A DNA stretch of 64,000 nt from Spirochaetales bacterium (GTDB lineage: Bacteria > Spirochaetota > Spirochaetia > JABEVK01): the NCBI GenBank assembly GCA_037142615.1, contig JBAXAI010000010.1:1-64000 (forward strand). The letters run 5' to 3'. The notes below the pieces were generated by a model, which saw only the letters and a list, made by a program, of their open reading frames with translations, did no database searches and was not told the origin of the DNA. Each line of letters begins with the position of its first letter. Position 1 is the stretch's first letter. Positions 1 through 8,797 of the stretch are shown here, piece after piece. The position numbers and the translations under genes are program-made.

Positions 1-253
1 CTACCGTGCCGTCGGCCGAGAGTACCGCGGCGTTGTCACTGGCCCAAACGATGGCGCCCGCCGAGGGTAGAGCAAAACTCCCGGTGACATTCGTCAGGGC
101 GTCGGTTCCGGAAAGCGCCAGTTCCAAGGCCGCCTTGTCGGCCGTGGCGGCCTTGCTGTCGGCACTGGGTTGAAGGTCTGTCAGCATGTTGCTGCAGGCG
201 ACCAGCGCGAGCGCGGCCGCCATAAAGAGCGCAAAGCGCAAAAGGGTTTTCAT
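1..253 (-). CDS. Ig-like-domain surface lipoprotein, N-terminal part (runs off window edge); paralog of 1415..2800
   Basis: Translated by hand: MKTLLRFALFMAAALALVAC-SNMLTDLQPSADSKAATADKAALEL...WASDNAAVLSADGTV; lipobox LVAC; SD AGGAGG upstream; near-identical blocks to 2530-2800. Confidence 0.85.
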   Translation of the reverse strand, partial: MKTLLRFALFMAAALALVACSNMLTDLQPSADSKAATADKAALELALSGTDALTNVTGSFALPSAGAIVWASDNAAVLSADGTV

Positions 254-262
254 AAGTTCCTC

Positions 263-853
263 CTAGTTCTTCTGGTTGAGTGAGTAGGCGACGCCGAGTT
301 GGACTCCGGCCTGGTGAACCTGTCCGCTCGCTTCGGGCGAGAACAGATAGCGGGGCGTCAGCAGCACCGAGAACGGTGTGTTGTTCAGGTCGAGCCGGAA
401 CTCGAGGGTGGCGGCAAGGGCCTGGTCGACGAACACCTTCAGCGCGGCTCCGCTGCCGGTGGTATCGGCGCTGGCGAGGTGGAGCATCAAGCCGTAGCCA
501 ATCCCGCCTCCCAGGCGCAACGTGCCCAGACCTTCCAGGGGCAACGGGTAGTACGCTGACATGCCCATCAGGGCATTGATCTGCGTGCCCCAGCTAACAA
601 AACTCGGGCTTCCGAGCCACCAGGTGTTGTCGAGTTGCAGGTAAGGCATCAAAAAGGGAACCTGGTCGACGGCGAAGTTGACCCGCACCGAGCCGCCAAG
701 GTTATCGGCCGAAAGCGCAGCGTAGTCGCCGATGGGGACGTCGTCGCTCACCGCCACATCGAGGCTCGCAACCCCGAAACCGAAGGGATTCTCCTGGGCG
801 GATAGGTACATCCCTGCCCCCAGCAACAGAAGGACAAGCAAGGTCTTTTTCAT
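263..853 (-). CDS. Secreted small outer-membrane beta-barrel-like protein (hypothetical)
   Basis: Sec signal peptide MKKTLLVLLLLGAGMYLSA; alternating hydrophobic/Gly strands; C-terminal GVQLGVAYS resembles a barrel terminal strand; SD AGGAG. Confidence 0.65.
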   Translation of the reverse strand: MKKTLLVLLLLGAGMYLSAQENPFGFGVASLDVAVSDDVPIGDYAALSADNLGGSVRVNFAVDQVPFLMPYLQLDNTWWLGSPSFVSWGTQINALMGMSAYYPLPLEGLGTLRLGGGIGYGLMLHLASADTTGSGAALKVFVDQALAATLEFRLDLNNTPFSVLLTPRYLFSPEASGQVHQAGVQLGVAYSLNQKN

Positions 854-906
854 GAAGTTCTCCTACTATCGAGGATATCGAAGTAAGCGGAGTTTCACTC
901 AGGTGA

Positions 907-936
907 ACTTCTACGAGTTCCGGAAGACTTCTACGA
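907..936. promoter_or_regulatory. Direct repeat ACTTCTACGA x2 (20-bp period), candidate transcription-factor site upstream of the barrel gene
   Basis: Exact 10-mers at 907-916 and 927-936 in the intergenic region 5' of the 853 start. Confidence 0.4.
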
Positions 937-1047
937 AATGTGGAAAGGGTGGCGGGCACGACTTCTGGAGGCGGAGCTTCAAGCGGTCACGTTCCTGCCG
1001 TGCTCCAGCAGAGTCTTGTGCCAGGCAAGAACTCTTGACTCAGTTAA

Positions 1048-1091
1048 GAACCGCATACCGTGCGGCTCGGGCGGGCAAGGTCATTGCCCGC
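1048..1091. terminator. Two adjacent GC hairpins downstream of the lipoprotein stop
   Basis: GAACCGCA-taccg-TGCGGCTC and GCGGGCAA-ggtca-TTGCCCGC; no clear U-tract on the minus strand. Confidence 0.4.
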
Positions 1092-1116
1092 TTGACAGGG
1101 CCTTTTTACGGAACGG

Positions 1117-2800
1117 TCAAAACCGCCGGATGACACGGATATATTTTGTAGAAGTCTTATCAAGACTGGCAGGCGTGGCAGAACCCCAATTGCCAACTCC
1201 CCAGGCATTGGCGGCAGTATCCTGCGATGAACTCCAATAATAAACACCAGTGCTCATGATCATACCCCCAATGTACATATAGTTGGGGCTCGTCCACATC
1301 TCTATCAGTTCAGCCTTAGACGGGATAAACCAGTCAGTATAGCCACCATAGCTTGCACTCCGTGCCGCTTGTGCTGCCGGATGACTAACGCCGCTCATTG
1401 CCACTGTATTTTCCTTACCGGTACCAATGGCCGTGCCCGTGCCAGTTGTTGAGGTGCCAGCTGTCTTCCAAGCTGAAGTAGTAAGGAGATCGTCTGTCCA
1501 CGCCTCGAGGTAGGTCCAGCCGTCGGTCGTTGCGTTCGGATTGATGTAGAACTTTCCCGCCCGCAGGACCCGTAGCATTGACCGCATAAACCCGTACCAC
1601 AGTCAAGGTGTAGGTGTTGGTCACCGCTGAGTGGGTGCCGGTGGCGGCCTTGCTAGCGGTTATGACAGTCGTCCCCCCTGCGACAAGGGTGATTGCCCCC
1701 GTGCTGGCATCCACGGTTGCCGTGGCGGTGGTTCCGCTGGAGTACGTGATCGTTCCACCGCCGACCCCCGAAACCGCGTTGGTATAGGCGCCTGAGCCCA
1801 TCGTCTTCGCGACGGTGGCGCCATCGGCGAAAACAAGCGTGGAGGCGATGAGGGTCACAGTCAAGGTGTAAGTGTTGGTCACCGCTGAGTGGGTGCTGGT
1901 GGCGGCCTTGCTAGCGGTTATGACAGTTGTCCCCGCTGCGACGAGGGTGATTGCTCCCGTAGTGGCGTCCACGGTTGCCGTGGCGGTGGTTCCGCTGGAG
2001 TACGTGATCGTTCCACTACCAACTCCCGAAACCGAGTTGGAATAGGCGCCTGAACCCATCGCTTTCGTCACGGTGGCACCGTCGGCGAAAATAAGGGCGG
2101 AGGTGGTAAGGGCCCCTGCACCCCCCGAGCCTGAAACAGGCAGTACAACCACCGTGAAGGATTTTGTAACCGTGGTTCCCCCGGCCAAAGTAATTGTCGC
2201 CGTGAGCGTGACGGTCTCGTTCGCGGCGCCGACAACGGGCTGGGTGACAACGCCGGTGGAACTGATGGCCGCGTTGTCGCTAGTCCAAGAGATGGTGGTA
2301 CCGCTGGGGCCCGTGGTCGGCAGACTCAGCGCGCTGGTCACATGGCTCAGGTCGGCGTTATTGCCCTTGAGGGCCGCATCGACCAGCGAGGCTTTGTCTT
2401 CGGCAACGGCGGTGGTCGGGTCGCTGGAAGTGGCGGCAACCGTTACTGTAAACCTCTTGGTTACGGTGACCCCTCCTTTCGTGATGGTTGCGGTAAGGGT
2501 AACGGACGCGTTGTCCGCACCGATGGCAGGACGGGCTACCGTGCCGTCGGCCGAGAGTACCGCAGCGTTGTCACTGGCCCAAGTGATCACCGAACCGCTG
2601 GTGCCAACGCAAGGAAGAGCAAAGCTGCCGGTGACCAGGGCCAGCGTGTCGGGCCCGGAAAGCACCAGTTCCAAGGCCGCCTTGTCGGCCACGGTTGCCT
2701 TGCTGTCGGCGTTGGGGGGGAGTTCTGTCAGCATATTGCTGCACGTGGCCAGCAGAAGCGCAAAGACAAAAGCAGTTGTCAATCGAATGATGGTTTTCAT
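1117..2800 (-). pseudogene. Modular lipoprotein (2 atrophied-Ig + 2 Ig-like repeats + DUF1566/Lcl C-type-lectin-fold tip) split by a frameshift at about 1550
   Basis: ORF 1415..2800 has lipobox LATC and reaches ...TGPAGGKV; ORF 1117..1587 continues FYINP...YLEA...GGYTDWFIPSKAEL...YWSSSQ...AW...IRVIRRF, the usual continuation of a GPAGG-x-V/IFY domain; junction on the minus strand reads GGG AAA G TTC TAC. Confidence 0.8.
1598..2095. repeat. Intragenic tandem duplication, 258-bp (86-aa) period, encoding two Ig-like stalk domains
   Basis: CACAGTCAAGGTGTA.GTGTTGGTCACCGCTGAGTGGGTGC at 1598 and 1856; protein repeat L.FADGATV.K.MGSGAY.N.VSGVG.GTITYSSGTTATATVDA.TGAITLVA.GTTVITASKAAT.THSAVTNTYTLTV. 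Confidence 0.9.
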
Positions 2801-2812
2801 CTCTTTTTCCTT

Positions 2813-3350
2813 CTAGTTGTTTGCCGAAAGCGAGTAGGCGACGCCGAGTTGCGCTCCGGCCTGGTGCACCTGTCCGCTCGCTTCGGGCGAGAACAGGTAG
2901 CGGGGCGTCAGCAGCACCGAGAACGGCGAGTTGCTCAGGTCGAGCCGGAGCTCGAAGGTGGCAGAGACCGCCTGGTCGACGAACGACTTCATCGCGGCTC
3001 CGGTGCCGGTGGTATCGGCCATGGCCAGGTGCAACATCATGCCGTAGCCGACTCCGGCTCCCATACGCAACGTGCCCAGGCCTTCCAGGTGCAACGGGTA
3101 ATACGCCGAGACTCCTACGAGGGTATTGATCTGGGTGCCCCAGCTGACGAAGCTCGGGCTTCCGAGCCACCAGGTGTTGTCGAGTTGCAGGTAAGGCATC
3201 AAAAAGGGAACCTGGTCGAGGGCGAAGTTGACCCGCACCGAGCCGCCAAGGTTGTCGGCCGAAAGCGCGGTGTAGTCGCCTATGGGGAGGTCGTCGCTCA
3301 CCGCCAGGTCAAGGCTCGCAACCCCGAAACCGAAGGGGTTCTGCTGGGCG
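2813..3350 (-). pseudogene. 5'-truncated paralog of the barrel-like protein 263..853 (signal peptide and start lost)
   Basis: High identity to 263..800 up to AQQNPFGFG at about 3350, then unrelated sequence; no in-frame start before an upstream TGA. Confidence 0.75.
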
Positions 3351-3361
3351 GCGGCCTTAAC

Positions 3362-3403
3362 TTGACTCCTGCTAACCGGGGCCGTATTCTGAACTCCGGT
3401 TCA
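3362..3403 (+). promoter_or_regulatory. Sigma70 promoter TTGACT-N17-TATTCT with overlapping palindrome TGAAC-TCCG-GTTCA (candidate TetR operator)
   Basis: -35 at 3362-3367, -10 at 3385-3390, inverted repeat 3390-3403 directly before the TetR ATG. Confidence 0.7.
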
Positions 3404-3404
3404 T

Positions 3405-3995
3405 ATGCCCAAAATCATCCCCGACCTTGCTCCGCGCATTCTCGAAACGGCCGGCCATCACTTTGAGGCGAAGGGCTACGAAGGCACCGACATGAAGTCG
3501 CTGGCCGCCGAACTGGGCATCAGCGTCGGGGCCTTGTACAACTACCACCCGTCGAAACCCGAGCTCTTCATGGCCGTCGCGGCCCGCTGGAAGATCGACC
3601 TGACCGAGCGCCTGCTGCGCGAGCTCGACTCGTCGACCGATGCCACGCTCCGCCTGCGCACCACGCTGCGCATGCTGTACGAAAACATGGAAACCTTTAC
3701 CGGCATCTGGCGCGAGTTTTTGAGTTCGGGTGCGCGTTTTGCCCCCGAGTCACCGCAAGCGCAAGTGTTTCGACGCGATAACGAGGAGCTCAACAGCCGG
3801 CTGCAGGCTTTGTTCCGCGAAGTGTGGCGGGGTCACCCCAATGCGGCGGCGCTGGTCGACGATCCGCAAGACCGGCTGGCGCAGATCATCACGGGCAGCA
3901 TCATGCAGTTGGTGATGAACGGGCAGGACGACCAAGCGGGGACCCGGGCCTTTGTGGAACGCTGGATCGACTTTTTGGCGCCGGTGAGCACGTGA
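3405..3995 (+). CDS. TetR/AcrR family transcriptional regulator
   Basis: N-terminal HTH: RILETA..HF..KGYEGTDMKSLAAELGISVGALYNYHPSKPELF. Confidence 0.92.
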   Translation: MPKIIPDLAPRILETAGHHFEAKGYEGTDMKSLAAELGISVGALYNYHPSKPELFMAVAARWKIDLTERLLRELDSSTDATLRLRTTLRMLYENMETFTGIWREFLSSGARFAPESPQAQVFRRDNEELNSRLQALFREVWRGHPNAAALVDDPQDRLAQIITGSIMQLVMNGQDDQAGTRAFVERWIDFLAPVST

Positions 3996-5236
3996 AAGGT
4001 CCCTTCGCCGCGTTTCCGCGCAACACCCGCAACAGCCTGCGCCTGGAACCGTTGTGGGCCCTGTTCGGCGGGGTCATCTTTTACTTCGCGCCGCTGTACA
4101 TGAAGGCGCTGGGCGTCACCGAGCTCGAAATGGGCGTGCTCACCTCGGTGGGGTTGTTTCTGTCGTTCTTCTTTCTGCTGTTGGCGGGGCCTGTGACCAA
4201 CAAGTACGGCCGGCACATCGCCTGCTTGGTGTGGGACATCGTCAGTTGGACGGTGAGCATGACGCTGTGGGCCTTCGCCCAGAACTACCTGTGGTTCCTC
4301 GTGGCGGTGCTGTTCAACTCGGCCACCCGCGTCACCATGATCAGCTGGAACCTGCTGGTCACCGAAGACGCCACGCAGGAGCAGCAGGTGAGCATTTTCG
4401 CCGTGGTCACGCTTTTGGGGCAGCTGGGCGGTATCGTCTCGCTGGGGGCCGGGCTGCTGCTCGACACCTTTGGAGTGATCCCCACCATGCGCGCCACCTA
4501 CGCTCTGGGTGCGGTGTTCATGACCAGCATGTTTGTTTTGCGCTATTTCTTTACGCAGGAAACAGAAAACGGCGTGCGGGTGAGGGAACTGACCCGCCAC
4601 ACGCCGCTGGCCAAGCTGGTGGTCGACCAAGGCCGCAGCTTGCTCCACGCCGCCAAGGACGGGCACTTCGCGGTGTTGGCCCTGGTGTTCATTCTCAACA
4701 TGGCGGTGCAATCGTTCACCTTCTTTCAGATTTTGCGGCTGCGCGAAACTCTGGGCTACACCAACACCGAGCTGGCCATCATCCCGGCCGTCAATAGCGT
4801 GCTGACACTGCTTTTATTCAGCGTGGTGATTCCCCGGGTGCCGGCGCAGGCCGAGCGCTTGGGGCTGGCCGTGGCCTTTTTGCTGTGCGCCGCCAGCGCG
4901 GCCGCCTTTTTGTTTTTGGGCCCGGGAATGCTGGTGGTGGTACTGGTGGTGCAAGGGCTTGGGGCCGCCGCGTACGTGCTGCTGGCCACCTACCGCGACT
5001 CGGTGTTCATGAACAGCGTGCCCGAGGAAAAAAAGGCCGAGCTGTACAGTCTGCTGCACATGATTTCGATGGTGGCCTCTATCCCGACCGGCGTGTTGGC
5101 GGGGTGGTTGTACACGCTCAATCCGCTGGCAACTTTTGGTGCGGTGGTGGTGTTGTTTGTGCTGGGCTTTGTCGCCTCGCTGGTTTTGATGCGGCACCAG
5201 ACAGCAAAACACCCGGCGGAACCGGGTGTTTTGTGA
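3992..5236 (+). CDS. MFS transporter
   Basis: About 12 hydrophobic segments, G-P-V-T-N-K-Y-G-R motif-A-like loop; GTG start overlaps the tetR stop (GTGA). Confidence 0.85.
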   Translation: MKGPFAAFPRNTRNSLRLEPLWALFGGVIFYFAPLYMKALGVTELEMGVLTSVGLFLSFFFLLLAGPVTNKYGRHIACLVWDIVSWTVSMTLWAFAQNYLWFLVAVLFNSATRVTMISWNLLVTEDATQEQQVSIFAVVTLLGQLGGIVSLGAGLLLDTFGVIPTMRATYALGAVFMTSMFVLRYFFTQETENGVRVRELTRHTPLAKLVVDQGRSLLHAAKDGHFAVLALVFILNMAVQSFTFFQILRLRETLGYTNTELAIIPAVNSVLTLLLFSVVIPRVPAQAERLGLAVAFLLCAASAAAFLFLGPGMLVVVLVVQGLGAAAYVLLATYRDSVFMNSVPEEKKAELYSLLHMISMVASIPTGVLAGWLYTLNPLATFGAVVVLFVLGFVASLVLMRHQTAKHPAEPGVL

Positions 5237-5431
5237 AGGCGAAATGGGTAGTTTGGACAGACTCAGAAGCTGAAAACAAACAACCAGGAATCAGACAGAA
5301 CTAGAAGCGCAAACCAGAACAGAACCAGTTCACAATCAACAGGACCGATCAGGACGCTGCCCATCTCTCTTCTGTTTCATAGTAGTTCCGAAACACAAAT
5401 TTGTCCAATAAAATCGGTGTATGATGGCAAC

Positions 5432-6370
5432 ATGAGAACAATCAACGTGGGCAGGTTTGCCCAGGGCAGGTTTGCCCTTTCCGTTTCCGAGATCGCGCTG
5501 GGCTGCATGCGCATCGACAAGCTCGAGCCTGCGGCCATCGACAACCTGATCAAGGCCTCGCTCGACGTGGGCATCAACTTCTTCGACCACGCCGACATTT
5601 ACGGCGCAGGCAAGAGCGAGGAGGTGTTCGCCGGCAGCGTGAAGCGCTTGGGCCTGAAGCGCGACTCGATGCTGTTGCAGAGCAAGTGCGGCATCCGCAA
5701 CCAAGTGGGCATGTTCGACTTCAGCCGGGACCACATTCTGGCTTCGGTCGACGGAATTTTGAAGCGGCTGAACACCGACTACCTCGACGTGTTGCTGCTC
5801 CACCGCCCCGACGCGCTGATGGAGCCGCACGAGGTGGCCGAGGCGTTCGGCAAGTTGCTGGCCAACGGCAAAGTGCGCCACTTCGGCGTGAGCAACCAGA
5901 ACCCGACGCTGATCGAGTTTTTGCAGAACTCGCTGCCGATGAAACTGCTGTTCAACCAGTTGCAGCTGAGCGTCGCATACACGCCGCTGATCGACGCCAA
6001 CATCCACATGAACAACAAAGACGAGTTCGCGGTGATGCGCGACGGCGGGGCCCTCGACTACTGCCAGCTCAAGGGCCTCACGGTGCAGGCGTGGAGCCCG
6101 TTCCAGTACGGGTTCTTTGAGGGCGTGTTCCTCGACAACCCCAAGTTTCCCGAGCTGAACAAGGTGATCGACCGCATCGCGGCCGAATACAAGGTGACCA
6201 ACACCGCCGTCGCCGTGGCCTGGATCAGTCGCCACCCGGCCAAGATTCAAACGGTGCTGGGAACCACGACGCCGCAACGTGTGCGCGACGCGGCGCAAAG
6301 CCAGAGCTTCGAGCTGTCGCGCCAGCAGTGGTACGAAATTTACCGGGCAGCGGGGAACTTTTTGCCCTGA
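5432..6370 (+). CDS. Aldo/keto reductase (YdhF/YcsN-like)
   Basis: LGCMR, FDHADIYG, QSKCGI, LLHRPD, GKVRHFGVSN motifs; start placed 6 nt after TATGAT. Confidence 0.92.
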   Translation: MRTINVGRFAQGRFALSVSEIALGCMRIDKLEPAAIDNLIKASLDVGINFFDHADIYGAGKSEEVFAGSVKRLGLKRDSMLLQSKCGIRNQVGMFDFSRDHILASVDGILKRLNTDYLDVLLLHRPDALMEPHEVAEAFGKLLANGKVRHFGVSNQNPTLIEFLQNSLPMKLLFNQLQLSVAYTPLIDANIHMNNKDEFAVMRDGGALDYCQLKGLTVQAWSPFQYGFFEGVFLDNPKFPELNKVIDRIAAEYKVTNTAVAVAWISRHPAKIQTVLGTTTPQRVRDAAQSQSFELSRQQWYEIYRAAGNFLP

Positions 6371-7590
6371 CGAAGCAGGAAGTAGAGAACAGACAAGGCA
6401 GCGACTTCGGCGGTGATCGACACGGCGCACAGCGCGACCACCGACACGTCGTAGAGCAGGCCCATCAGGGCACCGGAGGCGAGCAGGCCGACACCGTTGA
6501 CGGTGTTGAAAATGCCGTAGCCGGTGCCCCGTTTTTTCAGCGGGGTCAGGTCGGCGATGCCAGCCTTGAGAATCGTCTCTTGAATGCCCAGCGAGAACCC
6601 GAACAGCACGATGGCCGCCACGAGCAGCGGCGTGGTGCCGCCCAGAAACCCGAGTAGCGGCAGCGGGATCGACAGAACCGGCACCGCGAACAACACCTTG
6701 AGCCCAAAGCGGTCGTAGAGGGTGCCGACGACGTAGGCCGCGACCGCGTTGGCGGCCATGGCGATGGCGTACCAAAACGGTACGGCGGCATCGGTCAGCA
6801 GGTGGGCCTTCACCGCGTGGAACGACAGCAGGGTGAAGTTCACAAAGCCGATGCCCACCAGCAGGGTGAACAAGCTGTAGATCCAAAACGTGCGGGTGAG
6901 TGTTTCGGGAGTAGCGAGGGCCAAGGTCGAGGCACTCGCGTCGGCGGCCAGTTCTTCTTCCAGCTTTTCGGGGTGAGGCACGGCGCGCTGGCCCAAAAAG
7001 GCGGCCAGCAACACCAGCACCAGCGGGATCCACAACAGCGCGTAGGCCTGCTGGTAGCTGACCAGGCCCTGAAAGGCATTGCCCAGGGTGCCCGACAGCA
7101 CCAGGCTCATCACCAGCGGCCCCAGAATCGCGCCGGTCTGGTCCATCACCTTGTGGATGGCAAAGCCCCGGCCTGTGCCCACCCGCTTGGCCGCCATGCT
7201 CAGCAAAGTGTCTTTGGCGGGAGCGCGGACGGCTTTTGAGGCCCGTTCGATGACGATGAACAGCGCGGCCACCTGCCACGTGCCGGCCAGCATCATCAGC
7301 GGCACGGCGGCCACCATGGCGTAACCGGCGATCGTGAAGCCCCAGTAGCTTTTCGTTCGGTCGACGAGGGTCCCGGTGAGCAAGCGCAGCGCGTAGCCCA
7401 AAAACTCGGCCACGCCGGCGATGAACCCCACCAACACGGCGTCGGCCCCGAGCACGTTCAGCAAGGGTCCGTTGAGGCTTCGGCCGGCTTGGTACACCAG
7501 GTCGCTGAACAGGCTGATCAGGCCAAACATCACGATCAGGAGCATGGCGCGTTTGTAGCCGGGCTGGGTTTTGTCGAGGGGCGCCAGCAT
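6340..7590 (-). CDS. MFS transporter
   Basis: 12-TM pattern; ERASKAVRAPAKD...GRGFAIHKVMDQTGAILGP; GTLYDRFG. Confidence 0.9.
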   Translation of the reverse strand: MLAPLDKTQPGYKRAMLLIVMFGLISLFSDLVYQAGRSLNGPLLNVLGADAVLVGFIAGVAEFLGYALRLLTGTLVDRTKSYWGFTIAGYAMVAAVPLMMLAGTWQVAALFIVIERASKAVRAPAKDTLLSMAAKRVGTGRGFAIHKVMDQTGAILGPLVMSLVLSGTLGNAFQGLVSYQQAYALLWIPLVLVLLAAFLGQRAVPHPEKLEEELAADASASTLALATPETLTRTFWIYSLFTLLVGIGFVNFTLLSFHAVKAHLLTDAAVPFWYAIAMAANAVAAYVVGTLYDRFGLKVLFAVPVLSIPLPLLGFLGGTTPLLVAAIVLFGFSLGIQETILKAGIADLTPLKKRGTGYGIFNTVNGVGLLASGALMGLLYDVSVVALCAVSITAEVAALSVLYFLLRQGKKFPAAR

Positions 7591-7596
7591 GGGAAG

Positions 7597-8700
7597 CTAC
7601 ATGAACGCTTTGTAGTGCAGCCCGAGGCTCTTGGCAACGCCTTGGTGCACGGTGGTGCCCTTGTACACGTTAAGGCCCTTGGCGAGGTCGGGGTAGCGGC
7701 GCACGCTGGCCTCGAGCCCTTCGTCGGCGATGCGCAGGCCGTACTTCAGCGTCGCCGAGGTGAGCGCCACCGTGCTGGTAAAGGGCACCGAACCGGGCAT
7801 ATTGGTCACGCAGTAGTGCACCACGCCTTCTTCGACGTAAATGGGGTCGTTTTGGGTGGTTGGGCGGCTGGTTTCGGCCATGCCGCCTTGGTCGATGGCG
7901 ACGTCTACCAGCACACTGCCGGGGCGCATGGTGCGCAAGTGCTCGCGATGCAACAACTTGGGGGCCGTTTCGCCGTGCACAAGGATGGCGCCGATCACGA
8001 CGTCGGCTGTGCGCAGCACGTCGTCGAGGTTATGCTCGTTGGAATACAGGGTGTCGACGCGGCTGCCGAACATATCGTCGAAGAACGCCAGCCGACGTGC
8101 GTCCACGTCGAGCACGGTCACTTTGGCACCGATGCCGCTGGCGATTTTGCAGGCGTTGAGGCCCACCACGCCGCCACCGACGATGACCACGTGGCCCCGG
8201 GGCACACCGGGCACGCCGCCGAGCAGGATTCCGCGGCCGCCAAAGGCCTTTTCGAGGTATTTGGCCCCTTCTTGAACCGCCAGCCGGCCGGCGATTTCGC
8301 TCATGGGCGTCAGGCAAGGCAGCGAGTGGTCGGCGGCTTCAATGGTTTCGTAGGCCACGGCCCGCACCCCGCGCTCGAGCAGCACCTCGGTCAAATCGTG
8401 GTCGGCCGCCAGGTGCAGGTAGGTGAACAGAATCTGGTCTTTGCGCAACAGGTCGAGCTCGAGGCCGACGGGTTCTTTGACCTTGACCATCATTTCGGCC
8501 TCGCCCCAGATTTCGGTGGCGGTGGCCAGCAAATGGGCTCCCGAGGCTTGGTATTCCTCGTCGCTGTAGCCTGTCCCCAGGCCCGCGCCACGCTCCACCA
8601 GCACCTTGTGGCCACGCGCGGTGTACACCTTGACGTTGGCAGGAGTCAGTCCGACTCGGTATTCGTGGGTTTTGATTTCTTTGACGGTTCCCAGGATCAT
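7597..8700 (-). CDS. ald: Alanine dehydrogenase
   Basis: [56 protein letters not shown]. Confidence 0.96.
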   Translation of the reverse strand: MILGTVKEIKTHEYRVGLTPANVKVYTARGHKVLVERGAGLGTGYSDEEYQASGAHLLATATEIWGEAEMMVKVKEPVGLELDLLRKDQILFTYLHLAADHDLTEVLLERGVRAVAYETIEAADHSLPCLTPMSEIAGRLAVQEGAKYLEKAFGGRGILLGGVPGVPRGHVVIVGGGVVGLNACKIASGIGAKVTVLDVDARRLAFFDDMFGSRVDTLYSNEHNLDDVLRTADVVIGAILVHGETAPKLLHREHLRTMRPGSVLVDVAIDQGGMAETSRPTTQNDPIYVEEGVVHYCVTNMPGSVPFTSTVALTSATLKYGLRIADEGLEASVRRYPDLAKGLNVYKGTTVHQGVAKSLGLHYKAFM

Positions 8701-8762
8701 GGCGCCCCCCTCTCGAGACGTCTTATTCTAAAGGAGAATCGGGCAAAGGAAAAGGCCGGGCC

Positions 8763-8791
8763 TTGACCAGTTATTTAGTCTTACCTAAACT
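8763..8791 (+). promoter_or_regulatory. Promoter TTGACC-N17-TAAACT containing DtxR/MntR-type operator TTTAG-N6-CTAAA
   Basis: Palindrome TTTAGTCTTACCTAAA at 8774-8789 overlaps the -10; ATG lies 6 nt after the -10 (leaderless). Confidence 0.75.
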
Positions 8792-8797
8792 ATAGGC

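Noticed and set aside
1550-1560. GGGAAAG as a programmed -1 frameshift site in the lipoprotein
   Set aside because: The heptamer is not in X_XXY_YYZ register with the upstream frame, and the shift needed is +1/-2, not -1.
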